Shown one piece after another: positions 37,897 to 48,444 of a stretch of DNA of 54,735 nucleotides; position 1 is the first letter of the stretch; every line of letters starts with the position of its first letter. Under the pieces are notes generated by a model that was not told where the DNA came from, did no database searches, and was given only the letters and a program-made list of their open reading frames with translations. Position numbers and translations under genes: made by a program. This stretch comes from Nitrososphaerales archaeon (GTDB taxonomy: Archaea; Thermoproteota; Nitrososphaeria; Nitrososphaerales; JACAEJ01), in assembly GCA_049699795.1 (NCBI GenBank), contig JBNAWJ010000021.1, positions 1 through 54,735 on the forward strand, in the 5' to 3' direction.

Positions 37897-39381
37897 TCAC
37901 ATACTAGTGAAGTTCCTTAAGGTGACTTCCAATGTTGCCAGATTTACTATTGGTACTATACCTGGAGTGGGGTTAAGGCCCATGTTCAATTGATAACATG
38001 TCTGACCCTGCCAAGTTCCAGAGTTGATTAAAAGAGTGTTTCGATAAGTGTTAACATCAGTGGTATGTGTATGTCCCGCATGAAAAATATCTGGTATCTT
38101 TTCTATTACCAAATGGTCCTCTTTTTCTGGTGCTATAGGTGTCCTCCCTCCATATATCGGGGCCAGGTGTCTAGCTTTGAGTAGTATTCTCATAGCTAAT
38201 GTAGAGTTTGAGAATGTAAGGCCAGGAGTCATGGCCACAACATCGTCTAGACTTCTACCATGGTAAACTAACACGTTTACACCATGTAAATTCAAATAAA
38301 CTGGATTGCCCAGCATTTTCACATTCTCCATAGAGTAAAGCTGATCGACATACTTCTTAGGTATGGCCGGCTGTGGTAGTGCTTGCCTCGCTGGGTCATG
38401 ATTTCCAGGGATTATGAATATTTGGATGTGTTTTGGTATCTTCTCTATTAAATTGGCCACCTTCTTACACTGCTCATAAATATTGGTTTCTTCAAGCTCC
38501 TTGTCTTGGTATGGATAAATGCCTATACCATCAACTAAATCGCCACCTATTATCATATATTTCAGCCTTCTTACTATCAGATCATCACCCATCTTTCCAT
38601 TAAGCCAAAGGAGAAACCTATTGAAGACATCAAGAAGAAAGGTCTTACTTCCAACATGTAAATCTGAAGTGAAAACAGCGTAGACAACTTTCTTTGATGT
38701 ATTAGGCAAACGGTCAGGGATATCTGGTGAGTAAACATCCTTGGCTATTGCTAACCCTCTTTTACTGAACTGTAAGTCCAAAATTACCAATTGATCGAGG
38801 CAGATTTCAGTAGCATTCTTTCTAGCAGGATCTTCTAAGGCAACGGCTTTAATCTTACCGCTTTCATCATCAACAGTAAGCTCTACATAAGCCCTTTTGA
38901 TCTTTTTACTCATGACAAGTCCAGCGATTTTCTGAGGACTATTAGATGACTCTTTTTTGAGATTTGATATTTGCCTTATTTGGTATGAATCTGGCCTTTT
39001 CCCTACAATCTTCATCAACTTTTCGAAACGACTTCTGAAAAGGCTTTGGAAACCCTTTAATCCCTCAACTGGTGAGATATCACTGGCCGGATCTTTGACT
39101 ATTTTGAACTCTGGCTCTATATACTCTGGAGCCATAGGCTTTACCTCAGCTTTAGCGTGTTCGATTTCTTTGAAACTAGGTGGTAGCACTTTTTCTATAT
39201 CTTCTTTAACAATAATGTTTTGTTGATCGCTACTACCAAACTTTAATTGAACAGCCTTTAAGACTAAGTCTACCACATCAATTTTTTCATCGATTTCTGA
39301 GAGAAAATCAAAGGCTTGAGGATGTAACTGGTACCCGCTAGCGAGCGCTTCTTTTATCGCTTTGGCTATTTTTGATGGCAT
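37897..39381 (-). CDS. dp1: DNA polymerase II (PolD) small exonuclease subunit DP1
   Basis: 494 aa. Calcineurin-like phosphoesterase motifs are present (SDLHVGS, GGDLVDGIG, PGNHD, GHTH), preceded by an OB-fold region. Confidence 0.88.
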   Translation of the reverse strand: MPSKIAKAIKEALASGYQLHPQAFDFLSEIDEKIDVVDLVLKAVQLKFGSSDQQNIIVKEDIEKVLPPSFKEIEHAKAEVKPMAPEYIEPEFKIVKDPASDISPVEGLKGFQSLFRSRFEKLMKIVGKRPDSYQIRQISNLKKESSNSPQKIAGLVMSKKIKRAYVELTVDDESGKIKAVALEDPARKNATEICLDQLVILDLQFSKRGLAIAKDVYSPDIPDRLPNTSKKVVYAVFTSDLHVGSKTFLLDVFNRFLLWLNGKMGDDLIVRRLKYMIIGGDLVDGIGIYPYQDKELEETNIYEQCKKVANLIEKIPKHIQIFIIPGNHDPARQALPQPAIPKKYVDQLYSMENVKMLGNPVYLNLHGVNVLVYHGRSLDDVVAMTPGLTFSNSTLAMRILLKARHLAPIYGGRTPIAPEKEDHLVIEKIPDIFHAGHTHTTDVNTYRNTLLINSGTWQGQTCYQLNMGLNPTPGIVPIVNLATLEVTLRNFTSM

Positions 39382-39432
39382 CTAATGATAATCATCTTTC
39401 AGAGTTAAAAGGTATTGCCCTTCAATTGTAAA

Positions 39433-39663
39433 TCATTTAGGCGGGGGTGAAATCATTATAACGTTGTCTCCTCTGACTACTATAGTACCCAAAACATTCG
39501 CATTCCCTTCTTCTTGGATTTCCTCAGAGTTTTCAAGAAGCAAGTTCATATGTTGATCGAATCCTAAAAGGGTCCCTCGAATAACCTTTCCACCCTTCAG
39601 TTTTATCAACACTACTTTACCAAGGCTTTCATCGAGCACTTTAATAGCCATATCTACTGCCAA
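39433..39663 (-). CDS. Sm-like archaeal protein (LSm/SmAP)
   Basis: 76 aa. ...[27 protein letters not shown]...[10 protein letters not shown] contains the Sm1 and Sm2 motifs. Confidence 0.88.
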   Translation of the reverse strand: MAVDMAIKVLDESLGKVVLIKLKGGKVIRGTLLGFDQHMNLLLENSEEIQEEGNANVLGTIVVRGDNVIMISPPPK

Positions 39664-39728
39664 AGAACTCCGCCTCTAAACAATCTTGCTTAATCACACC
39701 ATTATTTAAGCTATTCATTAAACAAAAA

Positions 39729-40718
39729 TTAGATAGGTATAAGTTGAATTCCAAGAGCTGAACCTATGAATACTGTATATATAGTAAGAAGCACAATCGA
39801 CTCTTTCCATCCTAACCTTCTCATTGAAAGAAAATACCAGAAAAATACATTTGCTGTTAAGGACATGATAATCATATTGGTGTAGAGTCTCATATTAATA
39901 ATCGGTTCAGTGAAGATAAAAACTAAGCCAAGTATGACTGTGATATTGAAAAAGCAACTGCCTATAGCATTCCCATAGGCTAATCCAGGTTGCCCTTTCG
40001 ACATGGCTTTGAAGCTCACTGCCAACTCTGGGAGAGTGGTCCCTATGGCTACAATCGTGCCCCCAATAAGAATCTTTGAAGCGCCAAAAGCCTCTGCTAT
40101 GTTAGAAGAAGAGTTGACGATGAAATAGGCACATACTACAACAATAGCCACTCCAAGAATAAGCTTCAAAAATTCCTTACCAAACTTCTTATGCTCTCTT
40201 GAAGGTTTTCCACCTAAATCTTTTATTGTGATCCTTTTCCTTGAAAGCTGTATAATATGAATTATGAAGATTGCTAACAGGATTATGCCGATGAAAGCAC
40301 TTGCATATTCTCTATAGACAAGGTAAAGAGGAACGATCGAAGATATTAAGAGACCGAAGAAAAGATTCTCGATTTCATGCTTTTCCAATTTTGGTAAGTC
40401 TTGGATGCAGTTAATACCCTTAGCACAAAGATAGATAGTTGGTATTCCAATAATGAGGCAAATGTTTGCGATATTAGCGCCAAGAACATTCCCTATGCTT
40501 ATCCCAAGCTCGCCTTCTATACTTGCAATAAGCGCAACCGCCACTTCAGGAAGTGAAGTTGATGTAGCCAGTATTATGAAGCCTACAGTTGAAGTTGCTA
40601 GCCCTGTTGCTTCAGAGACTCCCGTAGCACCGTTTATGGCTAAAAGACTTCCCCTATCAAGAATAACAAATGCAACCAATAAAATGAGTAAATCAATCAG
40701 TAATTCACAATATGACAT
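39729..40718 (-). CDS. Ca2+/cation antiporter (CaCA, YrbG-like) family membrane protein
   Basis: 329 aa with two homologous halves. Each carries an alpha-repeat-like motif (ATSTSLPEVAVA, GTTLPELAVS). Confidence 0.75.
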   Translation of the reverse strand: MSYCELLIDLLILLVAFVILDRGSLLAINGATGVSEATGLATSTVGFIILATSTSLPEVAVALIASIEGELGISIGNVLGANIANICLIIGIPTIYLCAKGINCIQDLPKLEKHEIENLFFGLLISSIVPLYLVYREYASAFIGIILLAIFIIHIIQLSRKRITIKDLGGKPSREHKKFGKEFLKLILGVAIVVVCAYFIVNSSSNIAEAFGASKILIGGTIVAIGTTLPELAVSFKAMSKGQPGLAYGNAIGSCFFNITVILGLVFIFTEPIINMRLYTNMIIMSLTANVFFWYFLSMRRLGWKESIVLLTIYTVFIGSALGIQLIPI

Positions 40719-40799
40719 TATTCATTAATTAACATCTATCCAAAAATACTTTTTCTCTTAAGCAAAAAACTCATATCAATCCTTTCTGTTTAATTCAAT

Positions 40800-41282
40800 G
40801 TGAAAATTTATACTCTGTCTAAAAAAGATACAAAGAACATTATTAACAAGATAGCTAAAAAATGGCCTATAACTCCAGAATTCGACAAACCTGTCCAAGT
40901 TAGAGTTAGCGAGATAGATAAATCTGTTCGTCTCTTAACCTTCACAAACTTTGAGGTCATTGAGCTTGACGATCTATTGATACCTTTCTTAAAGAGCAGT
41001 GAAATTCTCGAAAAATTCCCGTATGTCGAGGTGGATCAAGGCGCTGTCCCTCATATTTGTAATGGATCAGACGTGATGCGCCCTGGCATCATTGGATGGG
41101 GGGCCTTTAAGAAAGGCGATCTAATAACCGTCAAGGAGAGCAATTATAAAAAGTTCATAGCTGTTGGCATAGCCCTTATCGACCAATCAGATATGGAAGG
41201 TATGAAAAAAGGGGTTGTGGTAAAAAACCTTCACTATGTCGGGGACAAGTTCTGGCAAGTATATAAACAGATTAAGGGTTGA
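40800..41282 (+). CDS. PUA-domain RNA-binding protein
   Basis: 160 aa with GTG start. The C-terminal ...VDQGAVPHICNGSDVMRPGI...GDLITV pattern is typical of a PUA domain. Confidence 0.65.
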   Translation: MKIYTLSKKDTKNIINKIAKKWPITPEFDKPVQVRVSEIDKSVRLLTFTNFEVIELDDLLIPFLKSSEILEKFPYVEVDQGAVPHICNGSDVMRPGIIGWGAFKKGDLITVKESNYKKFIAVGIALIDQSDMEGMKKGVVVKNLHYVGDKFWQVYKQIKG

Positions 41283-41350
41283 TTATGTGATTGTCTATTA
41301 AGTTTAAAAATCTAAACTAATAAATAATACTTCATAAAAAGATAAATGGT

Positions 41351-41635
41351 TTGGCTCAAAGTACCATAGAGGAGAAGACTAAAGAGACCGTCTATTTAAA
41401 AGCCCTTTCACTAAAATCCTTAGAAGAATTACCCAGTATAAAAGACGATGTAAACAAAAGAATGATAATCATATTAAGGATAACCCCTCTAGCACAGAAG
41501 GATGTGGAAGAACTCAAGAAGGCCGTTGAAGAGCTTTATCAATTCTCAGTCTCTATTGGAGGGGATATAGCGAGGTTAGGGGAAGAAAGGATAGTAATAA
41601 CCCCTCCCGGCGTAAAAATATGGAGAGGTTTGTAA
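41351..41635 (+). CDS. sepF: SepF-like cell division protein (DUF552)
   Basis: 94 aa with TTG start. ...IIILRITPLAQKDVEELKKAVEEL...IGGDIARLGEERIVITPPGVKI matches the archaeal SepF core pattern. Confidence 0.6.
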   Translation: MAQSTIEEKTKETVYLKALSLKSLEELPSIKDDVNKRMIIILRITPLAQKDVEELKKAVEELYQFSVSIGGDIARLGEERIVITPPGVKIWRGL

Positions 41636-41645
41636 TAACTCTTTG

Positions 41646-43568
41646 TTAATAGAGCTTTATGGCTTCTTGAATTGATGGTTGAAGAGTTGGGATTTTAAAG
41701 ATTCTTGAGATGGCGTTTGCTACATTTTCTGTCTTCTTTTTCTCACCATGCCCAGCAATAACTCTTTGCAACTTTGGTCTAAGCTTACTCACAAATTTTA
41801 TAATCTGGTTATAATCACTGTGACCGCTAAAACCCTCAATCTTCTCAACTTGGCAATTTATATCAACTATCTTAATCTTACCATTATCGCTCATAATACT
41901 CACTTGTTTTGCACCATCTAATATCCTTCTTCCTAAAGTTCCAGGAATTTGGTAGGAGACAAAAACTATCTTATTCTTCTCTAAAGGAGCAATTTCTTCA
42001 AAATATTCGAGCACTGGTCCACCCTCTAACATACCTGATGTTGCCATTATTATTGCAGGCCTTTCCTGCAACGCTTCTACTCTGTTATTGGGGTGATCTA
42101 TAGCGGTAAAGTATTCTGTGAAGAAAGGATTGACATCATCTCCGATTATCTTTGCCCTGAGCTCATGAGATAAATACTCTGGGTAGGCTACATGTATTGC
42201 TGTAGCCTCTGATATCATGCCTTCAACAAATATAGGCGCTTCAATAAGTTTACCTTGTCTCATATACTCATCTAATACTAGCATTATCTCTTGAGCCCTT
42301 CCTACAGCAGGCACAGGTATCAGAACTTTTCCGCCCCTTGACAGGGTTTCATTAATAGTATTAACAAAGCTCAGTTCAACCTCTTCTCTAGATGGCATAA
42401 TATCCTCTTTAGCACCGTAGGTGCTCTCTGTTATCAAAGTTTCAACTCTTGGATAGTCTTTGACAGCGCCTTCCAATAACCTAGTTTTACCAAACTTATA
42501 ATCTCCTGTGTAAAGTATGTTATGGTTTCCTTCACCTATATGCAAATGCACCATAGAGGAGCCCAAGATATGGCCTGCGTTATTGAGGACAAGCTTCATA
42601 TCAGGCGAAATATCTGTAACAAGCCCATAAGTTAAGGTTATGCTATGCCTGATCACTTCACGAACATCTCTAAGATCATACAAAGCTTTAGCTCCTTCCA
42701 TAGATGAAACTTTCACATAATCCATCTGCAGTAAAGTCATCAAGGGTAAAGTAGGTTCTGAACAGTATACAGGCCCGTCATAACCGTATTTGTAAAGCAC
42801 GGGGAGGAAACCATGGTGGTCTAGATGAGCATGACTTATTACAACACAATCTATGTCCTCTAAATCTATGTCAACCCAATCGAGACGTGGGTAGGCATCC
42901 CAAGGATTCTTGGCACCAGGGTTTATACCACAATCAAGCAATATCTTACTCTCTTTTGTCTGCACAAGAATCGCCGATCTGCCTACTTCCCCAAAGGCGC
43001 CAAGTGTTAAAAGGCTGACTTCAACATCAGAGCTCAATCTTGATCTAAAAATTCTTTCTCCAGTTTCTTTGTAAAACTTCTCACGAGACTCTGGCGCAGA
43101 CTTTATGGCATGATATATGCTCTGAATACTTATTGAGGGTATAGGGGGCGCTCTTTTTACCTTGACCTTCCAGCCTGTCTTATAAGTCAAATCTACTAGG
43201 CTAAATCCTTTCTCAGCAGTTAATAACTGAGGCTTTTTTACTTCGATTACTAAGTCTCCTAAAGCATCATCAAAGAAAATATTGTTGACTTCTACCTCCT
43301 TGGGGAGATAATTCATGACAATCTCTTTAGCCTCACTCTCAGGCTTTCGGATCGACTTTTCAGTCCTTATTGTTACTCTTTTCTTCACTGTATTAACTAG
43401 GTCAGAAATTATATAATTATTTGAGAGCAAGAACTCCGGCCTTTTAGTGTAAAGGGCTATCCTTGGTCCTTCATACTCTATTCTAGTCACTTCAGCTTCA
43501 GCTGGGATACTCTGTAATATAGTACCCATTACTTCAAGGGTTGAACTCGTATTCTGCTTTTGAGACAT
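41646..43568 (-). CDS. aCPSF1/FttA-type beta-CASP ribonuclease with N-terminal KH domains
   Basis: The metallo-beta-lactamase motif ISHAHLDHHG plus beta-CASP region is preceded by a KH-like N-terminus. Start moved to MSQKQ (ATG at 43568), because the track extension would overlap psmB. Confidence 0.88.
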   Translation of the reverse strand: MSQKQNTSSTLEVMGTILQSIPAEAEVTRIEYEGPRIALYTKRPEFLLSNNYIISDLVNTVKKRVTIRTEKSIRKPESEAKEIVMNYLPKEVEVNNIFFDDALGDLVIEVKKPQLLTAEKGFSLVDLTYKTGWKVKVKRAPPIPSISIQSIYHAIKSAPESREKFYKETGERIFRSRLSSDVEVSLLTLGAFGEVGRSAILVQTKESKILLDCGINPGAKNPWDAYPRLDWVDIDLEDIDCVVISHAHLDHHGFLPVLYKYGYDGPVYCSEPTLPLMTLLQMDYVKVSSMEGAKALYDLRDVREVIRHSITLTYGLVTDISPDMKLVLNNAGHILGSSMVHLHIGEGNHNILYTGDYKFGKTRLLEGAVKDYPRVETLITESTYGAKEDIMPSREEVELSFVNTINETLSRGGKVLIPVPAVGRAQEIMLVLDEYMRQGKLIEAPIFVEGMISEATAIHVAYPEYLSHELRAKIIGDDVNPFFTEYFTAIDHPNNRVEALQERPAIIMATSGMLEGGPVLEYFEEIAPLEKNKIVFVSYQIPGTLGRRILDGAKQVSIMSDNGKIKIVDINCQVEKIEGFSGHSDYNQIIKFVSKLRPKLQRVIAGHGEKKKTENVANAISRIFKIPTLQPSIQEAIKLY

Positions 43569-43572
43569 AACC

Positions 43573-44229
43573 TCAACCAAAAACCTTAATGAGAAGTTTC
43601 TTCTTCTCTTCTTCAGAAAGTTCTTTGTAACCATCTTTATCGATGATTACAACATCGAAGCTATCTCCACTCATAGCGTCTCTTTTCATGGCTGAAGTTA
43701 CAGCCTTAACAGCTGTGAGCATTCCTTTCTCCAAAGTCAGACCATCCTTATACTCGCTTTCTAGTATACCATAAGCTATGGGTGAGCCACTTCCTGTAGA
43801 AACGTAATTTTCTTTGGTAAGAGAGCCAAAAAGATCAATATTAAAAATGCTTGCGCCTGCATCATCATAGCCCCCTACCAAGACATCAGCTATGTAAGGG
43901 AATAACCTAGACGAAAAGAAAACATTAGAGGCTAGTCTGGCAGCAGATTTAACTGATAGGGGTACCTTCTTCTCCAACTTATATATGCCAGCATAATACC
44001 TAAGAATGTCTACTACATTTTGAGCATCTGCAACAGTTCCAGATATAGTCATCCCTAAATGGTCATCAATTTTATAGACCTTCTTTCCCTTTTTATGCGC
44101 TATGAAACCTCCTGACATCGTAACTCTTGTGTCAGTAGCAAATACTACACCATCGGTGCACACTAGCCCTACAGTTGTAGTTCCCTGATATACTAATGAC
44201 CTAACAGGTTTAGAATCCAACATACTCAC
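43573..44229 (-). CDS. psmB: Proteasome beta subunit (catalytically competent)
   Basis: Propeptide ...VYQG is followed by TTTVG (Thr1). Asp17 and Lys33 are in register. Confidence 0.9.
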   Translation of the reverse strand: MSMLDSKPVRSLVYQGTTTVGLVCTDGVVFATDTRVTMSGGFIAHKKGKKVYKIDDHLGMTISGTVADAQNVVDILRYYAGIYKLEKKVPLSVKSAARLASNVFFSSRLFPYIADVLVGGYDDAGASIFNIDLFGSLTKENYVSTGSGSPIAYGILESEYKDGLTLEKGMLTAVKAVTSAMKRDAMSGDSFDVVIIDKDGYKELSEEEKKKLLIKVFG

Positions 44230-44327
44230 CCTTTTACTTGATTAAAGAACCTTAACTTCATAGATAATAAAGGAATCCCTTTAAATAAGTTTTCCTACAA
44301 CCTTGAAGTGTCTTGAACCGTCATTTA

Positions 44328-45362
44328 ATGGAGTTGCCAAGAAGGATTTTGATCGGTTATGATGTGATAACAGAATTGGGAAGTTTCATAAAGGATTTGG
44401 GCTTTGGGCATGAAGTTCTGATAATATCTGGCATAAATGTAAAAAATTTAACCGAGAAGATTATAAGTGAATCCCTGTCATCCTATGGGTTATCTTATTT
44501 TTGGCATCCTATAGATTCTGCTACGATAGATTGCGTAAATCAAGTAGTAGATGTAGCCAAAAATCATCAATCAAAATTACTTGTAGGTCTTGGTGGAGGA
44601 AAGTCTATAGATGTTGCAAAACTTAGCGCATATTATGCTAATCTAGCCTTCATCAGCGTTCCTACTAGCGCTTCTCATGACGGTATATCAAGCCCTTTCG
44701 CTTCCATAAAAGGAATGAACAAACCCTTTTCTTTAATGGCTAAATCTCCTGTTGGTGTTCTTGCTGACATAGCACTTATAGCAAATGCGCCGAGAAGGCT
44801 TCTTGCTAGCGGTTGTGGCGATCTTATAGCTAAGATGACGGCTGTGAAGGACTGGGAGCTTGCCAGAGATGAGAAGGGTGAATACTTTGGGAATTATGCA
44901 GCAAGCCTGGCCCGCTTGAGCGCTAACTTAATCATAGAAGAATCTGAAAAGATAAGCAAAGGAGATAAGGATAGTGTAAGAGACGTAGTCGAAGCCTTGA
45001 TAAGTGCAGGAGTTGCAGCTTGTATAGCAGGGAGTAGTCGGCCTTGTAGTGGTTCTGAGCACTTGTTCAGCCATGCCTTAGACATACTAGCTCCCAATAT
45101 TGGTCTTCATGGCGAGAAATGTGGCATAGGAACGATAATAATGGCAAAACTTCATGATCTAGAATGGGAAAAGATTGCAGCTTCATTAAAAAAAGTTCAT
45201 GCACTAACCAACGCTTTTGAAATAGGAATAGACCCCGATCAGATCATAGATGCCATTCTGTTAGCTCCTAAGATTAGACCCGAAAGATACACAATTCTTC
45301 ATAAGCTTAAATTAGATCGTGAATCAGCCAAAAATCTTGCAAAATCCGTTAATATCATCTAA
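44328..45362 (+). CDS. egsA: sn-glycerol-1-phosphate dehydrogenase
   Basis: MELPRRILIG... and GGGKSIDVAK are present, along with Fe-ADH-like His residues. The track start is TTG 44313; the in-frame ATG at 44328 is preferred. Confidence 0.85.
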   Translation: MELPRRILIGYDVITELGSFIKDLGFGHEVLIISGINVKNLTEKIISESLSSYGLSYFWHPIDSATIDCVNQVVDVAKNHQSKLLVGLGGGKSIDVAKLSAYYANLAFISVPTSASHDGISSPFASIKGMNKPFSLMAKSPVGVLADIALIANAPRRLLASGCGDLIAKMTAVKDWELARDEKGEYFGNYAASLARLSANLIIEESEKISKGDKDSVRDVVEALISAGVAACIAGSSRPCSGSEHLFSHALDILAPNIGLHGEKCGIGTIIMAKLHDLEWEKIAASLKKVHALTNAFEIGIDPDQIIDAILLAPKIRPERYTILHKLKLDRESAKNLAKSVNII

Positions 45363-45371
45363 AGATTTGGA

Positions 45372-46121
45372 TTAAGCCTTTTCCTTAGTTGCTTTTTCTT
45401 GCTCTGGTTGCGCTGGAGTTGGTGCTGGCGCTGTAGGCTTCTTTCCTTCATATAATTCGATGAAATAGACTTTGTTTGCATTCTTGATAAACTTGAATAT
45501 GTCATTTGAAATGGCTCTTTTTATTATCTGAAGGCCTTCTAAAAGGTAAAGATCAGCAGGCAGTTTGATCTTAACACTATCATCTTCAATAATAAGCTCT
45601 ATCTTATCCTCTTCAACCGGGATTCTGCGCTTTATTAATGCGATTATCTTATCCTTGTCTGTCTCAACTTTTCTCATAATTTCTACATCATATATCAGTG
45701 TCTTTCCAGCCAGCCTATGATTAAAATCGATCTGCGCTCTGCCCGATCCAACGAACCTTACTATGCCTATCTTATTCTCAATCTCAACCTCATCGCCAAC
45801 ACGAACTTCTGAAGCTTTTTCTCCAAACTTCCTTAATGGTATCATCTTCACCTTAGTAGGGTCTCTTTGACCAAAACCCTTCTCAGGGGGTATTTCTACG
45901 CTGATTTTATCTCCAATGTTTGCCGATGCTAAAGCCTCATCTAAACCCTTAAGAACCCATCCCTCCCCTATAGCGATTAACTTCGGTTCATACTTTCTAG
46001 AAGGATCATGAACTCCAAGCTTTTTGGCTTCATCTTCAACAGTCACTTCTATTACTTCATTCGTATCCTTTACCTTGGCTATGTAGTTGACGTATACTAA
46101 CGTGCCTGTCTCTATCGGCAT
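45372..46121 (-). CDS. FKBP-type peptidyl-prolyl isomerase (long archaeal type)
   Basis: 249 aa. FKBP core with insert-in-flap (GEGWVLKGLDEAL...GDKISVEIPPEKGFG) plus a C-terminal domain. Confidence 0.8.
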   Translation of the reverse strand: MPIETGTLVYVNYIAKVKDTNEVIEVTVEDEAKKLGVHDPSRKYEPKLIAIGEGWVLKGLDEALASANIGDKISVEIPPEKGFGQRDPTKVKMIPLRKFGEKASEVRVGDEVEIENKIGIVRFVGSGRAQIDFNHRLAGKTLIYDVEIMRKVETDKDKIIALIKRRIPVEEDKIELIIEDDSVKIKLPADLYLLEGLQIIKRAISNDIFKFIKNANKVYFIELYEGKKPTAPAPTPAQPEQEKATKEKA

Positions 46122-46169
46122 ATTTATAACCGAAATTGCTGAGAAGAGAAGAATAAAAATACTTTTTGC

Positions 46170-47321
46170 CTATTTTGCCTCTCTACTGAAAACATCTCTT
46201 GCTGCTGATATACTATCGTTAAACTTTGATTCGAAGCCAAAATCACTTAATGCCATGTTTAGAGCACCTATTACTTGCAATACTTCAGCCTGAGTTATCG
46301 AGCCCATCGACCCTATCCTAAATATGCTACCTTTGAGCTTGCCTTGCCCTCCAGCTATCACTACATTGTACTTATTTCTCAAAATCTCTCTAAATGAAGA
46401 ATCGCTTATTTTAGGAGGATATTTAATTGCTATCACAGTATTTGATCTAAATTCTTCTTCAGCGAAAGGCACTAATCCCATGCTCTCTACGGCTCTGTAG
46501 ATGGCTTCAGCGCACATTTTATGCCTATGGATAGAATTCTCAAGCCCTTCTTCTTTTATCATCTTCAATGCTTCATCAAGAGCAAAGTATAATGGAATGG
46601 CTGGCGTGTATGGTGTTTGTCCTTCTTTTTCATACTTTCTATAAGCTTTTAAGTTGAAGTAAAATGTATTAGTCGACTTTTCTATTACAGACCAAGCCTT
46701 TTCATTGATCGATAGTAAAGAGAGTCCAGGTGGGCACATAAGGCATTTTTGGCTACCAGCAATGCAAATATCTACATGCCAATCATCAACAGGTAAATCG
46801 TCTCCAGCAAGAACTGATATGGCATCTACTATGAACAATAAATCACGCTCATCACAAAATTCGCCTATCTCCTTTAAGCAATTTACCTTTGTTCCTGTTG
46901 AGGTCTCATTGTAAACAAGTGCTATAGCTTTTATATCTTTATCTCTCTTTACAGCTTCCTCTATCATATCCATGGTAACTCCTTTGCCCCATTCTACAGG
47001 GATTTCTACAGGCTTTCCACCCATTGCCACGATGTTATCTCTTAACCTTTCACCAAAGAAGCCGAAGTTAGGTACGAGTATCTTGTTGGCGCCTTGCACT
47101 ATATTGCTCACTGCACACTCTACTCCTCCAGTACCAGAAGCTGTTAGGATCACTACATCGCCCTTTGTCTGAAAGACGTATTTCGCATTTTCTAAAATTT
47201 TTGCATAAAGCTCTTTAAACTCAGGGCCTCTATGATTTATTATGGGCCTGAGCATAGCTCTCATAACTCTTGCGGGAACATTAGTAGGGCCTGGTACCAT
47301 TATCAGTTGCCTTGGTTCCAT
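46170..47321 (-). CDS. Class V aminotransferase (serine-glyoxylate / alanine-glyoxylate type)
   Basis: 383 aa. ...MVPGPTNVP... and ...IAGSQKCL (PLP lysine) are present. Confidence 0.8.
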   Translation of the reverse strand: MEPRQLIMVPGPTNVPARVMRAMLRPIINHRGPEFKELYAKILENAKYVFQTKGDVVILTASGTGGVECAVSNIVQGANKILVPNFGFFGERLRDNIVAMGGKPVEIPVEWGKGVTMDMIEEAVKRDKDIKAIALVYNETSTGTKVNCLKEIGEFCDERDLLFIVDAISVLAGDDLPVDDWHVDICIAGSQKCLMCPPGLSLLSINEKAWSVIEKSTNTFYFNLKAYRKYEKEGQTPYTPAIPLYFALDEALKMIKEEGLENSIHRHKMCAEAIYRAVESMGLVPFAEEEFRSNTVIAIKYPPKISDSSFREILRNKYNVVIAGGQGKLKGSIFRIGSMGSITQAEVLQVIGALNMALSDFGFESKFNDSISAARDVFSREAK

Positions 47322-47426
47322 TACTTTTTACCATCCTTGGATTTGAAGAAATGATTAACCATCTTTATTTAAGTTTTGATCATCCAAAGAATTATATCCT
47401 TTACATCTAAGATGTAAAAGGGGAGA

Positions 47427-47948
47427 ATGGTCAAGAGAGGTCTATTCATAGGAAGATTTCAGCCTTTTCATAAAGGCCATTTGAAAGTAGTGAAGGATTT
47501 GCTGGATAAAGTTGAAGAATTAGTAATAATAGTAGGAAGCTCACAGCATAGCCATACTAAAGACAACCCTTTCACCACTGGGGAGAGAATAACTATGATA
47601 AGACTGGCTCTTAATGAAGAGGGAATAAACCCTTCTCGTTATTTAATAATACCAGTTCCAGACGTTGAAATGCACTCCACATGGGTTTCTCATGTAATAT
47701 CCTACTCTCCAAAGTTTGATGTAATCTTCTCAAATGAGCCTTTAACCCAAAGACTTTTCATAGAAGCAGGCTTTAAAGTTGAATCTATACCCTTCTACAA
47801 TAGGGAAAAATTATCTGCTACAGAGATAAGGAAGAGGATTTTATCTAATGAGAATTGGGAGGAATTAGTTCCAAAGAGTATAACAAAATTCATAAAGCAG
47901 ATAGACGGTGTTAATAGAATCATCGATTTATCGAAGAACGATAAATGA
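47427..47948 (+). CDS. nadM: Nicotinamide-nucleotide adenylyltransferase (archaeal NadM type)
   Basis: GLFIGRFQPFHKGHL is an HxGH motif, and SATEIRKRI is an ISSTxxR-like motif. Confidence 0.88.
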   Translation: MVKRGLFIGRFQPFHKGHLKVVKDLLDKVEELVIIVGSSQHSHTKDNPFTTGERITMIRLALNEEGINPSRYLIIPVPDVEMHSTWVSHVISYSPKFDVIFSNEPLTQRLFIEAGFKVESIPFYNREKLSATEIRKRILSNENWEELVPKSITKFIKQIDGVNRIIDLSKNDK

Positions 47949-48020
47949 AAAGCCCATTGCAAAAATATACTCATAAAACTTTAAAACAGCTTTTGAATTA
48001 ACATTACATAGGCTATTATT

Positions 48021-48374
48021 ATGGGCTTTGTCAAGGCTCGTGTTAAGATCAGAGGTAAAAGTGAAATCACATTCGAAGATATTCTAATAGATTCAGGAGC
48101 CAGATTTACAATCCTGCCTCTAAATGTTGCCGAAAAACACCTCATTGAAACCCCCTTTGAAGTCGAACTTACACTTGGAGATAAGAGGAAGGTTAAAGCC
48201 AAGGTCTTCATTGGTGAAGCAGAGATAGAAGGCAGGAAAGGACCAGTAAGAATACTTACCTTTAAAGAGGCTGTACCAGTTATTGGCGTTGACACCTTGG
48301 AAACACTTGGGCTTAGAATCAACCCTGTCACGGGCAAAATTGAGAAAACCGAATACTACATGCTCTACGTCTAA
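48021..48374 (+). CDS. Retropepsin-like (clan AA) aspartic protease
   Basis: 117 aa. ILIDSGARFTILP contains the DSGA active-site motif, and IGVDTLE follows late in the sequence. Confidence 0.7.
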   Translation: MGFVKARVKIRGKSEITFEDILIDSGARFTILPLNVAEKHLIETPFEVELTLGDKRKVKAKVFIGEAEIEGRKGPVRILTFKEAVPVIGVDTLETLGLRINPVTGKIEKTEYYMLYV

Positions 48375-48444
48375 CTTCACCAAGTGAAGGAAAGCTTTTG
48401 AGAAAAGGGCTATTGAACCCTCAATTCGACTTAAGTGATGATGC

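Noticed and set aside
43569-43634. 22-codon N-terminal extension of the aCPSF1 ORF
   Set aside because: It would overlap the psmB 3' end. The extension is basic, low-complexity read-through, and MSQKQ at 43568 gives a normal gene boundary.
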